DNA of 61,588 nt from Akkermansia muciniphila (GTDB lineage Bacteria > Verrucomicrobiota > Verrucomicrobiia > Limisphaerales > UBA1100). A model generated the notes under the pieces. The model was given only the letters and a program-made list of their open reading frames with translations, was not told the DNA's origin and made no database searches. Within the stretch, counting starts at the first letter, position 1; every line of letters starts with the position of its first letter. Shown one piece after another: positions 26,830 through 36,817 of this stretch. The stretch lies in NCBI GenBank assembly GCA_945903605.1, contig CAMDOH010000005.1:1-61588 (forward strand), in the 5' to 3' direction. The translations under genes and the position numbers were made by a program.

Positions 26830-29274
26830 ATGGATCCATCGGCAAGATTTCTTCGGCGTGAAACGGTCTGGCTGGCGGCTTTTTTTACGGCGATTCAATT
26901 CTTTGGCGAAGGGGCCTGCGTAGCCGAAGATAAATATAAGCCGGCTCCGAAATCGATCGCGCGGATTCTGGATGCGCCGCTCCCTCCGCGAGTCTCGTTG
27001 AGTCCCAGCCGCGACCGGCTCTTATTTGTGCAGGGCGTGCGATTCTTGAGTGTCGAGGAATTATCTCAGCCCATGTTGAAGCTTGCTGGAGTACGGATCA
27101 ACCCACTGAACTTCGGTCCTGCCCAGCCGGTTTATTACGTCGGGCTGCGCATCAAGGATATTGCCAGTGGCACCGAACGCGCTGTCGCTCTGCCGCAGGG
27201 TCGTAAGATTGGATTTCCAATTTGGTCGCCCGATGGACAGCGATTTGCATTCCTCATGTTTCGCAGTTCGACGATTGATCTCTGGATTTGCGAGGCAAAG
27301 AACGGAGAGCTGAAGCAGATTTCCGGCGTGCAGATCAATGCCAGTTTCGGAAAGCCATTTGAGTGGCTGCCTGATAGCCAATCCATCATATGCCAGACCG
27401 TGTTGCCCAATGCAAAGACTCCGCCGAAACTCACGGCCATCCCAGTCGGTCCAGTGGTGCAGGAGGCCGGACCCAAAATCGCGCCGGTACGGACGTTTCA
27501 AGATTTGCTCACGAGCCATTCCGACGAGCAATTGTTCGATCACTACGCGATGGCGCAGCTCGACTTGATTTCAATTTCCAGTGGCAAGCGTGTGCGGATG
27601 GGGCGGCCGGCTATCTTTTACAATTACGATGCCGCGCCCGATGGCCGTTATCTGCTCGTGGAACGAATTCATCGGCCTTACTCCTACCAAGTGCCTGCGC
27701 AATATTTTCCGCGCAGCATCGAGATTTGGGATCGTGAGGCCAAGGTGGAGCGTGTCACAATTCAACCTTCAACTGAAGGAATGGCGACCGGCGCTGTGCC
27801 CGTTCAGCCGCGCGCGTTTCATTGGCGGCCAACTTTGCCCGTGAAAATTGTCTGGGTTGAAGCGTTGGATGGCGGCAATCCGGATGTGGATGCCACTCAT
27901 CGCGATCGAGTCATGCAATTGCAGGCGCCGTTTCAAGGAAAGCCGCAGGAAGTCATCCGATTGGAACACCGGTACTCGGAATTGATGTGGAGCGAGGACA
28001 CGCAGATCGCCCTCGTGCGCGAGTTTCTCAGCCATCGCAGTTGGTATCGAACTTGGCTGTTCAATCCAGATCGACCAGAGCAGCCGGGACGATTGCTCTG
28101 GGATCACTCGGCGCAGGAACGCAATAATCATCCTGGCAACCCGCTCAATCGTGACCTTTCCAGCGGACACCGAGCGATGCGAATTCATGGCCGGTCGATC
28201 TATCTCAATGGCCAGTCCCTTTCATCAAATGGCGAGAGACCATTTCTTGATCGTCTCGATCTGGACACATTTTCTACGGTGCGATTATTTGAATCCGACC
28301 CTGCGGAAGTCGAATCCGTCGTGGCGCTGGTCAAAGATGACGCCTCCGAATTCATCACTCGCCACGAAAATCCCTCCCAGCCGCCCAACTATCAATTACG
28401 CAAATCAGGCAGCGCAGTGCCCAAGTCGTTAACCCGGTTTCCGGATGCCGACCCCATCCTTCGCGAAGTCAAAAAACAACTCATCACCTACCGGCGCAGT
28501 GATGGCGTGATGCTTTCGAGCATTCTTTATCTTCCGCCGGATCACACACCGGGCAAGCCGCTGCCGACCATCCTGTGGGCTTATCCGCGCGAATATGCGC
28601 AGGCAAATGTCGCCGGACAAGTCGTCGGTTCCTCTCAATTGTTCGCTAACATCACGGGGACTTCCCACCTCTTTTTTGCACTCGAGGGCTACGCTGTGCT
28701 CGATCGTGTGGCCATGCCAATCGTGGGCGATGCTGACACAGCCAATGACACATTTGTTGAACAAATCGTTTCTTCAGCAGAGGCGGCCATCAATAAACTG
28801 GTGGAGATGGGCGTGGCCGATCCGAATCGACTCGGAGTGGGTGGCCATAGTTACGGTGCGTTCATGGCCGTCAATCTACTCGCCAACTCCGGCCTCTTTC
28901 GCGCAGGGATTGCGCGCAGCGGGGCTTACAATCGGACACTCACTCCATTCGGATTTCAAAACGAACGGCGCACACTGTGGCAAGCGCCTGAGACTTATTT
29001 CAAAATGTCGCCCATCTTGGCTGCGCCAAGAATCAAGGAGCCGCTCCTGCTCATACACGGTGAGGATGACAATAATGCCGGCACGCCCCTTCAGCAAAGT
29101 GAGCGATTGTATCAGGCCGTCAGAGGAACGGGCGGTACTGCGCGATTGGTCGTGCTGCCACATGAATCGCACAACTATCGCGCACGCGAATCAGTCGGTC
29201 ACACGCTGCACGAGATGGTGGCTTGGTTCGATAAGTACGTGAAGAACGCGCCGCCTGCCTCCATCAAAAACTGA
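26830..29274 (+). CDS. S9-family serine peptidase with an N-terminal beta-propeller (about 814 aa; start uncertain)
   Basis: WSPDGQRFAF propeller repeats and a C-terminal alpha/beta hydrolase domain with GGHSYGAFMA (GxSxG), LLIHGEDDNN and PHESH. I chose the ATG at 26830 to avoid overlap with the divergent gene. Confidence 0.8.
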   Translation: MDPSARFLRRETVWLAAFFTAIQFFGEGACVAEDKYKPAPKSIARILDAPLPPRVSLSPSRDRLLFVQGVRFLSVEELSQPMLKLAGVRINPLNFGPAQPVYYVGLRIKDIASGTERAVALPQGRKIGFPIWSPDGQRFAFLMFRSSTIDLWICEAKNGELKQISGVQINASFGKPFEWLPDSQSIICQTVLPNAKTPPKLTAIPVGPVVQEAGPKIAPVRTFQDLLTSHSDEQLFDHYAMAQLDLISISSGKRVRMGRPAIFYNYDAAPDGRYLLVERIHRPYSYQVPAQYFPRSIEIWDREAKVERVTIQPSTEGMATGAVPVQPRAFHWRPTLPVKIVWVEALDGGNPDVDATHRDRVMQLQAPFQGKPQEVIRLEHRYSELMWSEDTQIALVREFLSHRSWYRTWLFNPDRPEQPGRLLWDHSAQERNNHPGNPLNRDLSSGHRAMRIHGRSIYLNGQSLSSNGERPFLDRLDLDTFSTVRLFESDPAEVESVVALVKDDASEFITRHENPSQPPNYQLRKSGSAVPKSLTRFPDADPILREVKKQLITYRRSDGVMLSSILYLPPDHTPGKPLPTILWAYPREYAQANVAGQVVGSSQLFANITGTSHLFFALEGYAVLDRVAMPIVGDADTANDTFVEQIVSSAEAAINKLVEMGVADPNRLGVGGHSYGAFMAVNLLANSGLFRAGIARSGAYNRTLTPFGFQNERRTLWQAPETYFKMSPILAAPRIKEPLLLIHGEDDNNAGTPLQQSERLYQAVRGTGGTARLVVLPHESHNYRARESVGHTLHEMVAWFDKYVKNAPPASIKN

Positions 29275-29298
29275 ATCACGGCCGCAAATGAAGGCCGC

Positions 29299-30162
29299 TC
29301 ATTTGAGCAACCATTGCGCGGCATCCATCACCCAGCCGCTGTTCCAATGGTGCTTTCGATCTGGGCCATCGCGAAATTCATGGGCGATTTTCAGCGAGCG
29401 CATCCAGTCATGGGTTTGCCGTGTCTGTTCCTGAAAATTACCGTGTCCCATCAAAATCAGTCGTGAATTCGGCCCCAGCACGGCTGCTTGATTCTTCAGT
29501 TGCGTGAAGATTTTGTACCGCTCAAAATTCTCCTGTGTCGCTGCGATGGTTTCCAATCCGTAACGGCCACGCTCCAGTGCCAGTGGAGAATCCCACGCCG
29601 CCGCCCGGCCAAAAGTTTCCGGATGGCGTAGCAACAGACTCCAGGCACCCCAACCCGATTTGCTGAAACCGAGCAGCATGCGGCCGTCGCGTTCCTTTTT
29701 CGCTGGGTAATTCGACTCGATGAATGGCACGACCACTTTCACGAAGTAGGATTCCTGCCGGATTGATTTGTCCGTCGGATGATCCGCGTACCACGGCAGG
29801 TGACTGAACGTTGGGTACACGCAAATCACATTGAGTTTATTGGCCAAATCAAGCTGTCGAGCTTCCTTCATCGCGTCGCCCCAAACTCGATTGGTGCCCG
29901 CTTCCACCGGCAGCAGATAGAGAGTCGGGAGGCGTTTGCCTGCTGGAATCTTGTCAGGGAGCAGCACGTTGATCTCAGTTTGTTTGAGCTGAAAAGCGCA
30001 CTCCACTTTGTGACTCACGAATCCATGACGATCTGCTGCCGCTGACGAAATGATTGCAGGTGTTTCAGCAGCAGGCACTGGTTCTGCGATAGCGCCGAAG
30101 GCCAACAAAACAGAGAAGTGTAAAATGGACAGAGCAAAGATTCCGCTGGCCGAAATCTTCAC
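29299..30162 (-). CDS. Exported alpha/beta hydrolase, esterase family (287 aa, GTG start)
   Basis: Signal peptide, GFSKSGWGAW (GxSxG), and an esterase-D-like layout. The start overlaps the upstream stop (GTGA). Confidence 0.7.
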   Translation of the reverse strand: MKISASGIFALSILHFSVLLAFGAIAEPVPAAETPAIISSAAADRHGFVSHKVECAFQLKQTEINVLLPDKIPAGKRLPTLYLLPVEAGTNRVWGDAMKEARQLDLANKLNVICVYPTFSHLPWYADHPTDKSIRQESYFVKVVVPFIESNYPAKKERDGRMLLGFSKSGWGAWSLLLRHPETFGRAAAWDSPLALERGRYGLETIAATQENFERYKIFTQLKNQAAVLGPNSRLILMGHGNFQEQTRQTHDWMRSLKIAHEFRDGPDRKHHWNSGWVMDAAQWLLK

Positions 30163-31061
30163 GCGAGAAGTTCACGCATCCGTTTGAGGTGCGTCGGCAC
30201 GGCGATGAAGGGGTCCTGTGCCGCTTCGTATTCAAGCGTCACGTAGCCTTGGTAATTGGCATCGCGCAGCAGTTTTATTTTGCGCGGCAAATCAGCAGGC
30301 TCGGCAGCTTTCGCGCCACGTCGGCGTAGTTCGACCTTGAGTTGGACATTCACGGCGAAGGGTGCGGCAAGAGCGATGTCCGCATAAGGGTCTTCTGTGT
30401 GAAAATTGCCGGTATCCAGATTCACGCCCAACCACGGGCTTTTGATGGCACGAACGAGCGTGAGTAATTTCGGTGCGTTGCCGATGCTGTCGTGGTTTTC
30501 CAAGCCGAGAAAAATGCCGTGTTTACCGGCGTACTCGGCGCATTCCTCGAGTGCACTGATGATATGGCGATCGGCTTCGACCTCGGTGATTCCCTTGGCG
30601 ACTCCGGCAAATACGCGAATGTGCGGAGCGCCAAAAATGGCGGCGCGTTCGATCCATTGTTTGACGGAAGCAATCTGGCGGGTTCGTTCCTCGCCTTTGG
30701 GATGTGTGAAATTATTACCGACAGCGGAGCCGCTGATGGCGATGCCACGAAGGAAGGCGTGCCGCCGAAGTTTGATCAGAAATTCATTGGTGGGATCTTT
30801 GGGGAAATAATAGCTGGTCAGTTCTGCTCCGTCGCAGCCGTTGTCGGCACAGAAGTCGATAAACCCAAAAAGGTCCATGGCACGATCGGCAGGAGGAGCT
30901 TTTGCATTGCCATCTTTGAAGAAACTTCTGAACGAATAGGCAGCCAGACCTAGTCGGAGTCGGGCTGCTCCCTTGCGGGCGAATGGCTCGGCTGCGTGAA
31001 TGCTCGCAGCAGCCATCGCAGGCAGGGCGATGGAAAGAAACTGTCGGCGCGCCAGATTCAT
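30159..31061 (-). CDS. Sugar phosphate isomerase/epimerase, xylose-isomerase-like TIM barrel, with a TAT-type signal (300 aa)
   Basis: N-terminus MNLARRQFLSIALPAMAAASIHA (twin-Arg motif), plus LENH and NLDTGNF metal-site-like motifs. Confidence 0.8.
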   Translation of the reverse strand: MNLARRQFLSIALPAMAAASIHAAEPFARKGAARLRLGLAAYSFRSFFKDGNAKAPPADRAMDLFGFIDFCADNGCDGAELTSYYFPKDPTNEFLIKLRRHAFLRGIAISGSAVGNNFTHPKGEERTRQIASVKQWIERAAIFGAPHIRVFAGVAKGITEVEADRHIISALEECAEYAGKHGIFLGLENHDSIGNAPKLLTLVRAIKSPWLGVNLDTGNFHTEDPYADIALAAPFAVNVQLKVELRRRGAKAAEPADLPRKIKLLRDANYQGYVTLEYEAAQDPFIAVPTHLKRMRELLA

Positions 31062-31062
31062 A

Positions 31063-33270
31063 TCAGCGAGGGGTGAGCAGCCATTTGATGGCAGCGGTTT
31101 CAGTTTCTTTGCCGACATGCAATGTGAGTGATGCGGCGGCGTTGGCTTTGGCGTAGGCATCGCGAATGATGCCTCCATCACCTTCGCCAGCGAGCCAGAG
31201 CGGATTCGGCGCATTCAGTGCGAGCATTCCAGCGAGATCGTCGTACTTCGCGCCACCGGCTAGAAAATCAGGATGATGAAAATCGCTGAGTTTGGAAAAG
31301 CGGAATCCGGCCGAGTCGATCGCTGCGCGGGTGACAGATGGTCCTGCGATGGATCGGGCTGCAGCAACCCAGTGACCGGCTTGGCCAAGTCCGACGAGTT
31401 CGATGGTCTTGGGTTTGTCTTTGAAAACCTGTGCGAGTTGAATCGCAGAAAGGATGTCGTGAGTACGCCGCGCGAACAGTGAATGGTTGTATCCGAAAGT
31501 GTATCCTGCGAATTCGCGCGGGTTTTTAACTTTGTCGGTACGGGCGATGGGGACGGCATCGGTCAAGAATTCGCCTTGCAGAAAGAGGTCGTAGCCGCCG
31601 ACGCTGATACCGGCTTCGAGAAGTTTGGCGATGGACGGACGAGGGGAACCCTCGGCATTTAGCAGAGCCGCTTTGCCTGCTGGGTCGAACCAATGAACGG
31701 TACGGCCATTCCAATTTTTGGGATGCAGAAAGAGGGCAGGGAATTCCTCGCTGTGGGTCTTGTTACGGATCAGGCCGGACATCAAGATGTACGTGCCGCG
31801 ATCGTTTTTGTGTTTGAGATCCCATTCAACGGTGCCGGTGGTTGCGAGAGTTCGGCCGATAATCACTTCAACCGCAGGCGCGATCAGGGCGCGATAAGTG
31901 GTGGGATCTTTTCGCGCGGCGGTGATTTGTTTTTGGGCGTCGTCGGTGAGTTGCGCCACGAGTTTGCGTTCGTTTTCAGGACCGCCAGCGGGTTTGGGAT
32001 GGGTGGCGTTCCAGACGGAAAGTTCTTCGGTGGTGAGTCGTTTATAATCTTGTTCCAATACAGGCTCGGGCAGGCCGATCTTGAAGTGTTGATTGACCCA
32101 CGAATACATCGCAGCGCGGCTGACGTGATTGTAGTTGTGCGGAAAATGGACCGCGTGTTTGAGGGTGATGTTTTTCGGCGCGCCCATCAGCGTGTAAAGC
32201 TGCTGGAGTTGAGGAAACCCTTTCACGTCAATTTCCTTGGTCCAATCATTCGCACTGATGAGTCCTTGCGGACGTGGGGCGCACAGGGCTGAGAATTCGA
32301 TGTTGCCGGTGTTGACGCGCAAGATGGAGGAGTTTTCGCAGGTGCAACCGCCTTGCATCGCGGTGGAAACCATGACGGCTGGAACAGCGAGAGTGACACG
32401 CTGATCTATGGCAGCGAGCAGCATGGTTTGTGTGCCGCCACCAGAGGCGCCGGTGACGGCGATACGCGTAGGATCGACTTCGGGAAGCGTGAGCATGAAA
32501 TCAAGTGCGCGGACGGAGTTCCAAGTTTGCAGTCCCATGATGCTCTGCGCGTGACTCTCGGCTTGAGGAGAGTAGAAACCCCAATTCTCCGGAGTGTTCA
32601 TCTCGGGGCGTTGCTTGCCGAAACGATGTGCGAGTTCAAATGAGATCTGGATGCTGTCGGCGTAGCCAATCATGTCGTAGAAAAACACGACGGTTCCCAT
32701 GCGGGCCAATTGAACGGCGCGTGCTTGCAACGGGCTGCGGCCGCCTTCCTCAAATCGCTCGGCTCCATTGGCGATTTCCCTGCGCGTGGCGGCTTCGCCT
32801 TGGTCGTAGAAGCGGCCGTTGGCCCAATGTCCATGAGGGCAAAGTACTGCGGGAAGTTTTCCGGTGCGGCCTTTGGGTCGGTAGAGATTGCCGGTGACAA
32901 AGTGGCCGGGGACACTCTCGAAATAAACTTTCTCAATGGTGTAATCGTCGCGTTCGATGCGGCCATGAATGACGGGCATTAACGGAGTCTTCGTCGGCAA
33001 TGGCCAGATTCCTTGTGAGACGAGGATTTGGCGACGGACGAATTCAGAGCGCTTTTCCCACTCGGCAACGGTGGCAGGGACGCTGAATGGAAAATAGCCG
33101 TCGAGATCTTTGAGCGGTTGAAGCCGCACATCGTTTGGTTTTTGGCCTCCCGGCAGGACGCGCGCGCCCGAATTGAGAACAATGTCAATGGCCGCAATTT
33201 CAGTGGTTGGAAAAAGTAAGGCAGCTGCGAGAATTGAAATGCAGGCGAATCCGACGGGGCAGGATTTCAT
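31063..33270 (-). CDS. Exported alpha/beta hydrolase, acetyl-xylan-esterase-like family (735 aa)
   Basis: Signal peptide, CPHGHW, and GASGGGTQT (GxSxG). It ends 1 nt before the next gene's start. Confidence 0.65.
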   Translation of the reverse strand: MKSCPVGFACISILAAALLFPTTEIAAIDIVLNSGARVLPGGQKPNDVRLQPLKDLDGYFPFSVPATVAEWEKRSEFVRRQILVSQGIWPLPTKTPLMPVIHGRIERDDYTIEKVYFESVPGHFVTGNLYRPKGRTGKLPAVLCPHGHWANGRFYDQGEAATRREIANGAERFEEGGRSPLQARAVQLARMGTVVFFYDMIGYADSIQISFELAHRFGKQRPEMNTPENWGFYSPQAESHAQSIMGLQTWNSVRALDFMLTLPEVDPTRIAVTGASGGGTQTMLLAAIDQRVTLAVPAVMVSTAMQGGCTCENSSILRVNTGNIEFSALCAPRPQGLISANDWTKEIDVKGFPQLQQLYTLMGAPKNITLKHAVHFPHNYNHVSRAAMYSWVNQHFKIGLPEPVLEQDYKRLTTEELSVWNATHPKPAGGPENERKLVAQLTDDAQKQITAARKDPTTYRALIAPAVEVIIGRTLATTGTVEWDLKHKNDRGTYILMSGLIRNKTHSEEFPALFLHPKNWNGRTVHWFDPAGKAALLNAEGSPRPSIAKLLEAGISVGGYDLFLQGEFLTDAVPIARTDKVKNPREFAGYTFGYNHSLFARRTHDILSAIQLAQVFKDKPKTIELVGLGQAGHWVAAARSIAGPSVTRAAIDSAGFRFSKLSDFHHPDFLAGGAKYDDLAGMLALNAPNPLWLAGEGDGGIIRDAYAKANAAASLTLHVGKETETAAIKWLLTPR

Positions 33271-33314
33271 ACGCCCATGTTAGCGGGCGCCGTGTTCAGA
33301 GCCAGCAATTAATT

Positions 33315-33737
33315 CTAGTGGCAGCCGCAACCCGAGCCGCAACTGGAATCAAAATCTTCGGACTTGGGCAGGCGGCCAAGTTCAAACGTCTTGGCCAGCG
33401 AAGTGTGGATCTGATCCTGGATTTTCTGAATCTGCTCTTGTGCTTCGAGAAAATTCTTGGCGGTCGGATTTTGGAGAAAGGCAGCGCGCATGCCTTCGAA
33501 TTCGGCGATCTCCGCCGGCTTGAGTTCAGCGCCCAGAGATTGCTTCTGCTGCAGGTGAGAGCTGCGGTCGTTCAGCATCTGGAATTGGTATTTGAGCGCT
33601 TCGTCGTTGAGAAACAATTCGACCTTTTTGTGCAATTCAGGAAAGAACGATTGGTCGAGGATGTTTTGGCAAAGCTCAGTGGTTTTGTCCTCGATCGTGA
33701 GGGTGCCGGTGGATGTTAGGGTGTTCATGGCTGTCAT
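33315..33737 (-). CDS. YlbF/YmcA-like (UPF0342-type) helical protein with a Cys-rich C-terminus (140 aa)
   Basis: Helical and Gln/Glu/Lys-rich, with FLEAQEQIQKIQDQI-type segments like YlbF-family proteins. It ends in SSCGSGCGCH. Confidence 0.5.
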   Translation of the reverse strand: MTAMNTLTSTGTLTIEDKTTELCQNILDQSFFPELHKKVELFLNDEALKYQFQMLNDRSSHLQQKQSLGAELKPAEIAEFEGMRAAFLQNPTAKNFLEAQEQIQKIQDQIHTSLAKTFELGRLPKSEDFDSSCGSGCGCH

Positions 33738-33762
33738 AATCGTATGTGTTCAATTCGGAGCG

Positions 33763-34323
33763 TCAAACGGTGATGAGCTCTTTTTCTTTGTGGGCGAGGT
33801 GCTGGTCGATCTTGGCGATGTAAGAGTCGGTGAGCTTCTGAATATCTTTTTCTGCGATTTCTTGATCGTCCTCGGTGATGCCGCCGGCTTTCGAATCTTT
33901 TTTGAGTGCCTCGATGGAGTCGCGGCGCACGTGTCGGACAGCCACGCGGCCGTCTTCCGCCATTTTCTTCGCCGCCTTGATGATCTCCAATCGTCGTTCC
34001 GTGCTGAGTTCGGGGATGGCGATGCGGATAATCTTTTTGTCGATGGCCGGATTCAGTCCGAGATTCGATTTCTGGATGGCCTTCTCAATTGGCTGCAACG
34101 TGGTGACGTCCCACGGTTGAATGACAATGAGCCTTGGTTCGGGCGTGGTGATGCCGGCCACTTCGCGCAGGCGCATTTGCGAACCGTAAACTTCCACCAG
34201 AATGTTTTCGACGATGGCGCTGGACGCTTTGCCAGTGCGCAGTCCGGAGAATTCTCGTTGGACGACCTGCTCGGTCTTTTCCATTTTCTCTTCGGCCTCC
34301 ATGAGGATGTCGTCCAGTGCCAT
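33763..34323 (-). CDS. frr: Ribosome recycling factor (186 aa)
   Basis: LRTGKASSAIVENILVEVYG and IPELSTERRLEIIKAAKKMAEDGRVAVRHVRRD. Confidence 0.9.
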   Translation of the reverse strand: MALDDILMEAEEKMEKTEQVVQREFSGLRTGKASSAIVENILVEVYGSQMRLREVAGITTPEPRLIVIQPWDVTTLQPIEKAIQKSNLGLNPAIDKKIIRIAIPELSTERRLEIIKAAKKMAEDGRVAVRHVRRDSIEALKKDSKAGGITEDDQEIAEKDIQKLTDSYIAKIDQHLAHKEKELITV

Positions 34324-34366
34324 AATGCGCAGTCTATGTATTCGTTTCGGGAGTGAAAGTGAAAAA

Positions 34367-35092
34367 TCAGTCCGAAACCAGCGTGCCGACTTTTTCGCCC
34401 ATCACGACGCGCTTGATGTTATGCGGCTTGAACAGGTCAAACACGATGATCGGCATCTTGTTGTCCATACAGAGGCTGAAGGCGGAAGCATCCATCACGC
34501 GGAGCTGGCGCTGCAATGCGTCCAGATATTTGATGCGCGTGAACCGTTTTGCTTTCGGATTCTTCTTGGGATCGCTGTCGTATATGCCATCCACTTTTGT
34601 TGCCTTGAGAATTACGTCTGCATTGATTTCGTTGGCTCGAAGCGCAGCAGCGCTGTCGGTCGAAAAATAGGGATTGCCTGTTCCACCGCCGAAAATCACC
34701 ACCCGGCCTTTCTCGAGATGCCGCAAGGCGCGCCGCCGGATAAATGACTCGGCCACTTGCGGCATGGCGATGGCGCTTTGCACGCGAGTTTCCACGCCCA
34801 CTTTGTCGAGCGCGTCCTGCAAGGCCAGCGCATTGATGATCGTCGCGAGCATTCCCATGTAATCGCCCGTGGCGCGTTCGATGCCGCGTTCGCTGCCCTG
34901 CAACCCTCGAAAAATGTTGCCGCCACCCACGACGATCACGATTTGCACGCCTAGCGAACGAACCTCGCGGATTTGCTTGGCCATGCTGTGGACGCGTTCG
35001 GGGCAAATCCCGTGGCCGTTTTCATCGCCCAGCGCTTCGCCGCTGAGTTTGAGAAGGATTCGGCGGAATTGGGGTTGGGACTTGCGACTCAT
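34367..35092 (-). CDS. pyrH: UMP kinase (241 aa)
   Basis: [20 protein letters not shown] and [23 protein letters not shown]. Confidence 0.9.
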   Translation of the reverse strand: MSRKSQPQFRRILLKLSGEALGDENGHGICPERVHSMAKQIREVRSLGVQIVIVVGGGNIFRGLQGSERGIERATGDYMGMLATIINALALQDALDKVGVETRVQSAIAMPQVAESFIRRRALRHLEKGRVVIFGGGTGNPYFSTDSAAALRANEINADVILKATKVDGIYDSDPKKNPKAKRFTRIKYLDALQRQLRVMDASAFSLCMDNKMPIIVFDLFKPHNIKRVVMGEKVGTLVSD

Positions 35093-35144
35093 GGCAGGCT
35101 TCTTGTAACAACCCGCACAGACGCCGTCAAATCATCGGCAGAAA

Positions 35145-35987
35145 TCACGCCACAAATGTCTCGCCGACTTGGAAGCGGGTGAATCGGCGCACTGTGATCG
35201 TATCGCCGAGCACTTTGCCAATGGCCGCGAGGTGAACGGCGAGTGACACTTCGCTGTTTCGCTTCACGAAACCCTGATCGACGAGGCAGACGGACTGGTA
35301 ATATTTCTCCAATTTGCCTTCGATGATTTTTGCCATGGCTTGCGGCGGTTTGTCTTTCACCTGCGCAGCGGCGATTTCGCGTTCTTTCTCGACAATCTTG
35401 GGATCGAGAAATTCGCGTGATACGGCGCTGGGACTTCCCGCTGCGATTTGCACGGTGATGTCGCGAACAGCCGATTTGAATTCGTCGCGTTGGAGTGTGG
35501 CTTCATTGAGCGCGCCGACTTCGACCAGTACGCCAATCTTGCTGCCCATGTGAATATAAGCGGCGACTGCGCCGTTGCCATTGACGACATAGCGCTCGTG
35601 GCGCGTGATGACAATGTTCTCGCCGATTTTGGCGACGATGGCCACTCGCAGCGGCTCGACATCGGCTTGTGGATTTTCGGAAAGCGTTTTGGCAACCGCT
35701 TCGCTGAATTCGCGAAAGATGTCATTCTTCGCCACGAAGTCGGTCTCGCAATTGATCTCCACGAGCAAACCGTTTTTTGCGCCGGGCTGGATGTATTGGG
35801 CAATGACGCCATCGCTGGCGGCGCGTCCGGCCTTTTTGGCAGCCACGGCCACACCACGTTTGCGCAGCGAATCTACGGCGGCATCGACGTCGCCGTTGGT
35901 TTCGACGAGCGCCTTCTTGCAATCCATGATTCCTGCGCCGGTGCGTTGGCGGAGGGTGTTGACGATTTCAGCGGTGATCTGTGACAT
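35145..35987 (-). CDS. tsf: Translation elongation factor Ts (280 aa from the ATG at 35987)
   Basis: LRQRTGAGIMDCKKALVETNGDVDAAVDSLRKRG (UBA-like N-terminus) and the EINCETDFVAKN motif. Confidence 0.9.
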   Translation of the reverse strand: MSQITAEIVNTLRQRTGAGIMDCKKALVETNGDVDAAVDSLRKRGVAVAAKKAGRAASDGVIAQYIQPGAKNGLLVEINCETDFVAKNDIFREFSEAVAKTLSENPQADVEPLRVAIVAKIGENIVITRHERYVVNGNGAVAAYIHMGSKIGVLVEVGALNEATLQRDEFKSAVRDITVQIAAGSPSAVSREFLDPKIVEKEREIAAAQVKDKPPQAMAKIIEGKLEKYYQSVCLVDQGFVKRNSEVSLAVHLAAIGKVLGDTITVRRFTRFQVGETFVA

Positions 35988-36031
35988 GAGCAATCTTCGG
36001 GTTAGTAACTGGGATTGGAGATCGCCTTCGG

Positions 36032-36796
36032 TCAGGATTTGGCGGGATCTATTTCAGCGGGTGCGAGTGCTGGCGCGGCATCTTTGTCTTTGGTTTTGCG
36101 CGCGTGCTTGGCTTCGTATTCTATTTTGCCTTGATAAAGCGCCTGTGTGACGGCGGCCATGATGAGGCGAATGGAACGGATGGCGTCGTCGTTGCCGGCG
36201 ATGGGATAATCGATCAAGTCAGGATTACAATTGGTGTCGACGATGGCGACGATGGGCACTTTGAGCCGGCGCGCTTCTGCGACGGCGATGTGTTCGCGGT
36301 TGATGTCGATGACAAACATCGCGTCAGGCTGCGTGTCGAGGCCACGGATACCGCCGAGGTTACGGACCAAACGGTCTTTTTTGCGGCGGAGCGAAGCCTG
36401 TTCCTGTTTCACGTACAGGGCAAAAGTGCCATCGGCTTCCATCGCTTCGATCTTGTTCAGGCGCTTGAGCGAGCCTTTGATCGTTTTCAAATTGGTGAGT
36501 GTGCCGCCGAGCCAGCGTTCGCAAATGTGAGGTTGTCCACTGGCAGCAGCAGATTCCTGGACGCATTGTTGAGCTTGTTTCTTGGTGCCAACCAAGAGCA
36601 CTTTGCCGCCTTTGCGTGTGATTCCTGTGAGAAATTCGCAGGCAGCATCGAGTTGGTTGACGGTGATTGTGAGGTCGATCAGGTGGATGCCGTTTCGGGC
36701 TTCAAAGATGAAGGGCTTCATCTTCGGGTTCCAGCGACGGGTTTGGTGTCCAAAATGGACGCCCGCTTCTAACAGTTCTTGCAAGCCAATGCTCAT
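36032..36796 (-). CDS. rpsB: 30S ribosomal protein S2 (254 aa)
   Basis: LLEAGVHFGHQTRRWNPKMKPFIF, and the conserved gene order rpsB-tsf-pyrH-frr. Confidence 0.95.
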   Translation of the reverse strand: MSIGLQELLEAGVHFGHQTRRWNPKMKPFIFEARNGIHLIDLTITVNQLDAACEFLTGITRKGGKVLLVGTKKQAQQCVQESAAASGQPHICERWLGGTLTNLKTIKGSLKRLNKIEAMEADGTFALYVKQEQASLRRKKDRLVRNLGGIRGLDTQPDAMFVIDINREHIAVAEARRLKVPIVAIVDTNCNPDLIDYPIAGNDDAIRSIRLIMAAVTQALYQGKIEYEAKHARKTKDKDAAPALAPAEIDPAKS

Positions 36797-36817
36797 TACT
36801 TTTTCCTTTAGTTACAA

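Noticed and set aside
25623-33270. Polysaccharide utilisation locus
   Set aside because: There is no SusC/SusD pair, no glycoside hydrolase with recognisable catalytic motifs, and no regulator. It is only a loose cluster of esterase, peptidase and isomerase genes.
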